DNA of 64,000 bases from NCBI GenBank assembly GCA_902493985.1, contig CABURR010000003.1:7210-71209 (forward strand), in the 5' to 3' direction. The stretch comes from an uncultured Collinsella sp. Lineage in GTDB: Bacteria; Actinomycetota; Coriobacteriia; Coriobacteriales; Coriobacteriaceae. Shown here piece by piece: positions 54,600-64,000 of the stretch. The translations under genes and the position numbers were made by a program. The number at the start of each line of letters is the position of its first letter. Within the stretch, counting starts at the first letter, position 1. A model generated the notes under the pieces. That model ran no database searches and was not told the DNA's origin. It saw nothing but the letters and a program-made list of their open reading frames with translations.

Positions 54600-55520
54600 C
54601 TACACGCGCAGGTAGCGACGCATGGCGATGGCAGAACCAAAGAGGCCGATAATCACGCCGACCAGAATCAGCGCAGCATAGGTCACCAGGTAGTACTGCA
54701 TCGGCAGGGCAAACGACATCCAGCCGATGCTCTCCTGCAGACGCGGAATCATCAGATTGCGCAGCAGCTCCAGAACGCCGATGGAAAGCAGCGAGCCCAA
54801 AATGGCCTGCAGTACGCCCTCGGTGATAAACGGGCCGCGAATGAAGCCGTTGCTGGCGCCGACCAGACGCATAATCGCAATCTCACGACGACGCGCCGTA
54901 ATGGACAGGCGAATCGTGTTGTTGATGAAGATGAATGCGATAAAGGTCAGAAGGCCAACGAGCACCACGGCGGCGATGCGGATGTAGTTGGTCACCTGGA
55001 ACAGGCGGCTCACTTCCTCCTGGCCGTACAGCACGCTCGCGTTGACGTCGCCGTCATCCGCGATCTTCTGGAAATCGGCATCCTTCTTGAGCTTCTCTGC
55101 CGTGCTCTCGACCTTGGACGGATCGTCCATCTCAATAGCGAAGGAAGCCGGCAGCGGGTTCTGGCCATCGAGCGCGCTCATGGTGGCGTCGGCGTTGCCC
55201 GACATCTTGCTCGTATACTCGGCCAGCGCGTCGTCCTTGTCCTTATAGGTCACGGACTTGACGTTATTCCACGTCTTAAGTTCGGCCTCAAAAGCCTGAA
55301 CATCGGCCTGATCAGCGTCATCACTAATGAACGCGTTGATGACAACCTGATCCTCGACGGTGCCGATCACGGAGTTCAGCATCGCGGAGCCCATGATGAA
55401 CAGGCCGATGATAAACAGCGAAAGGAAGATCGTGATGACGGCGCCGAGCGAGGTAGTCCAGTTACGGAAGAAGTGGCTGATTGCCTCTTTGAAGGAGTAG
55501 CCCACGTTAGTTGGTGCCAT
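54600..55520 (-). CDS. ftsX: Cell division permease FtsX
   Basis: NPLP, NTIRL...RRREIAIMRLVGA...PF. Confidence 0.93.
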   Translation of the reverse strand: MAPTNVGYSFKEAISHFFRNWTTSLGAVITIFLSLFIIGLFIMGSAMLNSVIGTVEDQVVINAFISDDADQADVQAFEAELKTWNNVKSVTYKDKDDALAEYTSKMSGNADATMSALDGQNPLPASFAIEMDDPSKVESTAEKLKKDADFQKIADDGDVNASVLYGQEEVSRLFQVTNYIRIAAVVLVGLLTFIAFIFINNTIRLSITARRREIAIMRLVGASNGFIRGPFITEGVLQAILGSLLSIGVLELLRNLMIPRLQESIGWMSFALPMQYYLVTYAALILVGVIIGLFGSAIAMRRYLRV

Positions 55521-56727
55521 AGTTGCCGTAACCTCCCCTCTCCTGGTCGCGGATAACGTGGCCGCCCTCGAGGGCGATCACGCGACGGTGCATGCTATCG
55601 ACCATCTCGCGGTCGTGCGTGGCGACGATCACGGTGGTGCCAGTGCGGTTAATACGCTCGAGCAGTTTCATGATGCCCAGTGAGATCGCCGGGTCGAGGT
55701 TGCCCGTCGGCTCGTCGCAGATCAGCAGCGGCGGACGGTTGACCATAGCGCGGGCGACGGCAACGCGCTGCTGCTCGCCACCGGAAAGCTGGTCGGGCAG
55801 CGAGTCCATCTGATCGGCCAGACCGACCAGACGCAGCACCTCGGGCACCTGGCTGCGAATGACGCCCTTGGGCTTGCCGATGCACTGAAGGGCAAACGCC
55901 ACGTTTTCGTAGGCGGTCTTTTGCGGCAGAAGCTTAAAGTCCTGGAACACGGCGCCAATCTGGCGACGCAGGAACGGAACCTTGCGGTTCTTGATCTTCA
56001 TGAGGTCCTGACCGGCAACCAGGATGCGGCCGCTCGTCGGCTTGACGTCGCGGTTGAGCGTCGACAGCAGCGTGGTCTTACCCGAACCGGAGTGACCGAC
56101 CAGGAAGACGAACTCGCCCGGATAGATCTCGATGTTGATGTCGTCGAGTGCAGGCTTGTTGGGCTGTGCCGGATAGATCTTGGTGACATGCTCCATAAGG
56201 ATAACGGGCTCGACACCGGCCTGCTTGGCCATCTTCTTGCGGCTGGCCTGCGGATCGATGGGCGCAAACACCGACGTGAAATCGGGGTTGTTGAGCGCGT
56301 TATCGAGGCTTGCGACCTCGGCGGCCTGATCGCTCTCGACCACCGGGGCAGCAGGCTGAGTGGGGTCGGGAATAGCGGCAAAGAGACCGGACTGCGCAGG
56401 CTGAGGAGCCGGCGTCGCAGGGGCAAAGGGGTCGGGAATGCCGGCCATGGTAGGCTGCGGCGTGGCGGCGCCAGCCTGAGGCTGCTCCACGCGAGCGGTC
56501 ACGGCCTGAACGGGCTCAAAACCCGCCGTGCCGGAAAGCGCGACATCGCTGGTTGGATTGTAGGCAAAGGGATCGGATGCCGGCTGTGCCTGATCTGCCG
56601 GCTGAGCGGGGGCCTGAGCAACAGGCTGGCCCTCTGAATCCGGAGTGGCGAAACGACTGCCCTGGACGCCTGCCTGCGTCTTGGGGGCATCATCGCCCGC
56701 ACCGGAGGTACGGAAGTGGTTACCCAC
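55507..56727 (-). CDS. ftsE: Cell division ATPase FtsE with long N-terminal low-complexity extension
   Basis: GHSGSGKT, VFQDFKLL, LSGGEQQR, DEPTGNLD; AAGGAG RBS before GTG 56727. Confidence 0.9.
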   Translation of the reverse strand: MGNHFRTSGAGDDAPKTQAGVQGSRFATPDSEGQPVAQAPAQPADQAQPASDPFAYNPTSDVALSGTAGFEPVQAVTARVEQPQAGAATPQPTMAGIPDPFAPATPAPQPAQSGLFAAIPDPTQPAAPVVESDQAAEVASLDNALNNPDFTSVFAPIDPQASRKKMAKQAGVEPVILMEHVTKIYPAQPNKPALDDINIEIYPGEFVFLVGHSGSGKTTLLSTLNRDVKPTSGRILVAGQDLMKIKNRKVPFLRRQIGAVFQDFKLLPQKTAYENVAFALQCIGKPKGVIRSQVPEVLRLVGLADQMDSLPDQLSGGEQQRVAVARAMVNRPPLLICDEPTGNLDPAISLGIMKLLERINRTGTTVIVATHDREMVDSMHRRVIALEGGHVIRDQERGGYGNYGTN

Positions 56728-56830
56728 TGGTGCTCCTTATCGTCGTGCGTTTAAACTACATGAGCGCTTAATATTTTAGCAGCATTAGCTTTGCTGCACA
56801 TAAGAAGCATGGCCGTGTTTGGGTCCCTCC

Positions 56831-56953
56831 GGCCGGACACAGGGTTACTTTCCAAATCGTCCTCGGACATGTCGGAGCCTCCGCTGCGCACTACGTGCGG
56901 CGGGGGCTCCTCCGTCCTGCGGAAAGATTTGGAAAGTAACCCTGTGTCCGGCC
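56831..56953. repeat. 123-bp multi-hairpin element with perfect 28-bp terminal inverted repeat
   Basis: GGCCGGACACAGGGTTACTTTCCAAATC ... GATTTGGAAAGTAACCCTGTGTCCGGCC, with internal hairpins. Confidence 0.85.
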
Positions 56954-57082
56954 TGCGATAACTAAGGGGTCGCCGCGTTTATCTTGAGGTGCTGCATATA
57001 CAAAGCTGGAAGGGTCTGAATTGCGCTTTGTCGATATATGCCCTTTTTCCTGATGGGACCGTGCTTGAGGGGCGTCTTCATG

Positions 57083-57149
57083 AGTTGCGGTGAAATAGGG
57101 ACTGTTTTACCAGTTAAAAGGTCTAATCAGTCCCTATTTCACCGCAACT
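57083..57149. repeat. 67-bp palindromic unit (family B)
   Basis: AGTTGCGGTGAAATAGGGACTG-N23-CAGTCCCTATTTCACCGCAACT. Confidence 0.85.
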
Positions 57150-57153
57150 GAAA

Positions 57154-57182
57154 CAGGGGCGCTCTCCAAGAGAGCGCCCCTG
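57154..57182 (-). terminator. Hairpin downstream of transketolase
   Basis: CAGGGGCGCTCTC-CAA-GAGAGCGCCCCTG. Confidence 0.6.
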
Positions 57183-57230
57183 CCGGGTTTCCATAGTTCT
57201 GGCGAAGCAGTCCTTGAGATCCGCCTTGCC

Positions 57231-58172
57231 TTATGCCAAGAACTCCTTGGTGGTCGCCACGATGTTGGCGGCGTCCAGGCCATACTTGTGCAAGAGCTCG
57301 GCACCCGGGCCGGACTCGCCAAAGGTGTCGTTGACGCCGATCTTCTTGAGGGGCGTCGGGCACTGCTCGCACAGGACGTCGGCAACGGCGCTGCCCAGGC
57401 CACCGATTACAGAATGCTCCTCGACGGTCACGACGTGGCCGGTCTTGGTGGCGCTCTTGACGATCAGGTCGGCATCGATGGGCTTGATGGTGTGCATGTT
57501 GATGACCTCGGCGTCGATGCCCTCGGCAGCGAGCTGCTCGGCGGCCTCGAGAGCCTCGCCGACCATCAGGCCGCAGGCGATGATGGTGACGTCGGCGCCC
57601 TCGCGCATAACAATGCCCTTACCCAACTCGAAGTTGTAGGTCTCGGGGTCGTTGATAACCGGCGAGGCCAAACGAGCGAAGCGCATGTACACCGGACCGT
57701 CGCACTCGTAGGCGGCGCGCGTCACGGAGCGGGCCTCGACGTCGTCGGCAGGAACGATCACAGTCATGCCGGGGATGACGCGCATGAGGGCGATATCCTC
57801 GCAGCACTGGTGCGTGGCACCATCCTCGCCCACCGAGATACCGGCGTGCGTGGCACCAATCTTAACGTTGAGGTGCGGGTAGCCGATGGAGTTACGGACC
57901 TGCTCAAAAGCGCGGCCGGCTGCGAACATGGCAAAGGTGCTCGCGAAGGCAACGCGGCCGGTGGTCGCGATACCGGCGGCGACGCCCATCAGGTTGCTCT
58001 CGGCGATACCCACGTCGAAGAAGCGGTCGGGGCAGGCGGCCTTGAACTTGCCGGTCTGCGTGGCGGCGGCCAGGTCGGCGTCGAGGACCACAAAGTCATC
58101 GTGCTCGTTGGCGAGCTCGACGAGGGCCTCGCCGTAGCTTACGCGCGTGGCGATTTTTTTGACGTCTGCCAT
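57231..58172 (-). CDS. Transketolase C-terminal subunit
   Basis: GIAESNL, GEDGATHQ, TIKPID, EEH. Confidence 0.9.
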   Translation of the reverse strand: MADVKKIATRVSYGEALVELANEHDDFVVLDADLAAATQTGKFKAACPDRFFDVGIAESNLMGVAAGIATTGRVAFASTFAMFAAGRAFEQVRNSIGYPHLNVKIGATHAGISVGEDGATHQCCEDIALMRVIPGMTVIVPADDVEARSVTRAAYECDGPVYMRFARLASPVINDPETYNFELGKGIVMREGADVTIIACGLMVGEALEAAEQLAAEGIDAEVINMHTIKPIDADLIVKSATKTGHVVTVEEHSVIGGLGSAVADVLCEQCPTPLKKIGVNDTFGESGPGAELLHKYGLDAANIVATTKEFLA

Positions 58173-58173
58173 C

Positions 58174-59004
58174 CTAGAGCTCCTCTCCGGCGGCCGTGAG
58201 CTCTGCCATGGCCTGCTCAAACTGTTCATCATTGGGGGCCTTACCGTGCCAGCCCACCTGGTTCTCCATAAAGGAGACGCCCTTGCCCTTCGTGGTCTCG
58301 GCGATAATGGCGGTCGGCTGACCCTTGGTGGCGCGAGCCTCGGCAAAGGCGGCGCGGATCTGGTCGAAGTCGTTGCCGTCGGCGAGCTCCACAACATGGA
58401 ACTTGAAGGCGCGGAACTTGTCGGCGAGCGGCATGGGATCGTTGACCTCCTCGACGGGGCCGTCGATCTGCAGGCCGTTGTGGTCGACGATCACGCAGAG
58501 GTTGTCGAGCTGCTGGTTGCCGGCAAACATGGCGGCCTCCCAGACCTGGCCCTCCTCGCTCTCGCCGTCGCCCAGCAGGGCGTAGGTGCGGTAAGTATCG
58601 CCCCAGTGCTTGGCGGCAACGGCCATGCCCACGGCGGCGGAGATGCCCTGCCCGAGCGAACCGGTGGACATGTCAACGCCCGGGGTGTCGTTCATGTTGG
58701 GGTGACCCTGTAGGTGACTGCCGATGTGGCGCAGCGTCTCGAGATCATCCTTGGGGAAGAATCCGCGCTCGGCGAGCACGGCGTACAGACCAGGCGCGCA
58801 GTGACCCTTGGAAAGCACGAAGCGATCGCGGTCGGCCTTGCGGGGGTCGGCCGGGTCGACGTTCATTTCCTCAAAGTACAGATAGGTCATGATGTCGGCA
58901 GCGCCGAGCGAACCGCCCGGATGGCCGGACTTGGCAGCGTGCACGCCGGTGACGATGCCCTTCCTTACCTCGTTGGCAACCTTTTTGAGCTCTTCGTCGC
59001 TCAT
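58174..59004 (-). CDS. Transketolase N-terminal (TPP-binding) subunit
   Basis: SGHPGGS, LSKGH, GDGE...N. Confidence 0.92.
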   Translation of the reverse strand: MSDEELKKVANEVRKGIVTGVHAAKSGHPGGSLGAADIMTYLYFEEMNVDPADPRKADRDRFVLSKGHCAPGLYAVLAERGFFPKDDLETLRHIGSHLQGHPNMNDTPGVDMSTGSLGQGISAAVGMAVAAKHWGDTYRTYALLGDGESEEGQVWEAAMFAGNQQLDNLCVIVDHNGLQIDGPVEEVNDPMPLADKFRAFKFHVVELADGNDFDQIRAAFAEARATKGQPTAIIAETTKGKGVSFMENQVGWHGKAPNDEQFEQAMAELTAAGEEL

Positions 59005-59211
59005 TGTGCCTTCCTTTCATCCTCTTTAGACAAGATGCGCACGGCACAGAAGGTCGTCCCAACACAGCCGCAATGCACGTACGTCATTCATTATGCTGGA
59101 AACTGATGGCTTTACCAGACTTTTTATCATTATTTGAGCAATTTAGCAGGCAGACCCGCTGATGAAACGGTTTATCAATGTGAACGTCTTTTGGATGGAG
59201 CGCAGTCGGCC

Positions 59212-60102
59212 CTACGCGTTAATGTCCTTGAATCCCTCGCCGAAGGTTTCCGTAACGTCGGCCACGGTTACGATGGCGCGCGGGTCGCGCTCGCGCACGA
59301 TCGTCTTGAGCGTGTTGAGCTCGCGACGGCTCACGATTACCATGATCACCGGCTTCTCGGCACCCGAGTACATGCCGGTCGCCCTCAGCTTGGTGCAGCC
59401 GCGGCCCAGGCCATACATGATGTCGGCCGCGATATCGGGAAACTTGTCCGAGATGATGAGCACCATACGGCGCCTGTTGCCGCCGTCGACCACGGCATCG
59501 ATCACGTAGCCGCTAATGACCATCGAAAGGCCCGCATACAGCGCGTTTTCGACCGAAAAGACCGGGGCCGACAGCGCGCACACGGCAACATCGATCGCCA
59601 TGACGGTCGAGCCAACCGGCAGCGATGTGTTGCGCGAGATAATCTGACCGATGGTGTCGGAGCCACCAGTGTTAGCACCGGCGTGCAACACCATGCCATA
59701 TCCGACGCCCGTGATGATGCCGCCCCACATAGCAGGCAGCATCAGATCGGCATGTGCCAGCGGCGCGACAAACGGAGCGAACAGGTCGGTGAAAAAGCCC
59801 AGCAGCACAAAGCCCGTCGCCGTCTGCACCACGTAGAACATGCCGCCCGCACGCATAACCACCAGCAGCAGCAAGGCATTCATCACAATTGTCTGGATAC
59901 CGACGGGCAGCGATATGCCATGCGAGGCGCCAACCGCCTGAATAATGGTGGCGAGACCTGTAACGCCGCCGGCGGCAAGGCCGTTGGGAATCAAAAACAG
60001 GTCCGTCGCGATAGCTGCCAGGGCACAGCCAAACATGATCTTGGGCAAGTCATGAAAGAAGTTCATCGAAAGAATACGCTTGATGTCCAGACGATATGCC
60101 AT
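59212..60102 (-). CDS. YitT family membrane protein
   Basis: GGVTGLA, NTGGSD, GMYS, DPRA, GEGF. Confidence 0.85.
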   Translation of the reverse strand: MAYRLDIKRILSMNFFHDLPKIMFGCALAAIATDLFLIPNGLAAGGVTGLATIIQAVGASHGISLPVGIQTIVMNALLLLVVMRAGGMFYVVQTATGFVLLGFFTDLFAPFVAPLAHADLMLPAMWGGIITGVGYGMVLHAGANTGGSDTIGQIISRNTSLPVGSTVMAIDVAVCALSAPVFSVENALYAGLSMVISGYVIDAVVDGGNRRRMVLIISDKFPDIAADIMYGLGRGCTKLRATGMYSGAEKPVIMVIVSRRELNTLKTIVRERDPRAIVTVADVTETFGEGFKDINA

Positions 60103-60232
60103 GCTGCCTCCCTCAAAAAAGCGCACCCAAACGAGTGCGCCTTGAACTTCTTGCCGTATTCGATTCTACCGATTCACCGAGCAAATACCACCCCTGCGAA
60201 GTGTCTGCATCGACCCGGAGCCAGCCATGTGC

Positions 60233-61380
60233 CTAGGCGCCCGAGCCTTCCGCATCGGCGTTGCCGGTTGCCCAGCGATGGTAGCCGATCACAAATGGAT
60301 CCAGATCGCCATCGTCGAGAACAGCCTCGACGTTGCTGGTCTCCACACCCGAGCGCAGGTCCTTGACCATCTGATACGGGTAGAGCACGTAGCTGCGAAT
60401 CTGGTTGCCAAACCCGATCGTGGTCTTGGGTCCACGAATCTCGTCGAGTGCCTCGGCGCGCTTCTCGAGCTCGATCTCGTACAGGCGGGCCTTGAGAATC
60501 TGCATGCACGCGGCCTTGTTTTGAATCTGGCTACGCTCGTTTTGGCACGTGACAACGATACCGCTGGGAAAATGCGTCACGCGTACGGCGGAGTCGGTGG
60601 TGTTGACGCCCTGGCCGCCCGGGCCGCTCGCGTGATACACGTCCACGCGGATATCGTCGGGACTGATCTCGATGTCGATATCGTCAGGCAGCACGGGGAT
60701 GACCTCGACGCCGGCAAACGTGGTCTGGCGGCGCTTCTTGTCGTCGGTGGGGCTAATGCGCACCAGACGGTGGACGCCGGCCTCGGCGCGCAGCATGCCA
60801 AACGCATCCTTGCCCTCGACGGTAAAGGTCGCACGGTCGATGCCGATGACCTCAGCCGCGGGACAGTCGTTAATGGTGACCTTCCAGCCGCGACGCTGGC
60901 AGTACTTCATGTACATCTTAAAGAGCATGAAGGTCCAGTCCTGCGCCTCCAGGCCACCCTGTCCGGGCTTGATGGTCACAATCGCGTCGCCGTGATCGAA
61001 CTCACCGGTAAACCAGCTCGAAAGCTCGAGCTCGTCGATAGCGCGGGCCAGGCGTTCTGCCGTAGCGGCAGCCTCCTCGCGCAATGCGGTGGCATCTGGG
61101 TCGTCGCCCATCTCCTCGGCAAGCTCCAGCGCCGCGCGGGCGTCAGATAGCTCACCGCGCGCGGTATCCACGGCAGCGATATCTTCCTTGGCGCGAGCGA
61201 TCTGCTCCATGGTGGCGCGAGCGGCGTCGGCGTCATCCCAAAAGCCGGGGGCCACGCTTTTTGCCTCGAGCTCGGTCACGCGTGTGCGCTTCTCGTCCAA
61301 ATGAAGATACGACTCGACCTCGCCGAGCCGGTCCGCAAACGCGTCCAGCTCGGCGGGCGTTACCTCTAAAGCCTCGGCCA

Positions 61381-61381
<1 letters not shown>
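60233..61381 (-). CDS. prfB: Peptide chain release factor 2
   Basis: GGQ, QNERSQ, GVHRLVRISPT; follows secA; continuous ORF. Confidence 0.93.

Positions 61382-64000
<2,619 letters not shown>

Noticed and set aside
57231..59004. Split transketolase as a pseudogene
   Set aside because: Two-subunit transketolases are common in anaerobes; both halves are intact.

Overview
High-GC chromosomal window that looks like a gut Coriobacteriia (Collinsella-like) actinobacterium; this is inferred from GC, gene content and an unsplit prfB. It is mostly housekeeping and metabolic: ygiQ-type radical SAM, an [FeFe]-hydrogenase/GltD-like operon running into an ABC importer, an alpha-glucoside PTS/GH4 locus, DEAD helicase, copA-copZ-csoR, gltBD, gpmA, Nramp, smpB, tRNA-Glu/Gln, a MurNAc recycling operon, rnr, ftsEX, split transketolase, prfB and partial secA. 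Two things stand out. (1) The first ~3.5 kb is the tail of an AT-rich island encoding a clostridial-type Cys-rich RiPP system: a TIGR04066-like maturation protein, an acyl-carrier-like protein, a 59-aa Cys-rich precursor, a LURP-one-like protein and an ABC exporter. (2) The intergenic DNA carries several families of fixed-geometry palindromic repeats. The main one is a 58-59-bp unit (17-bp arms TGTCTCAATCTGTAACA around a 24-25-bp spacer), seen as 7 full copies and 1 half copy, whose tandem arrays bracket an FHA + Ser/Thr kinase-DUF6273-like gene pair. No cognate transposase or CRISPR-cas is visible. All family assignments come from motif recognition, not database searches.
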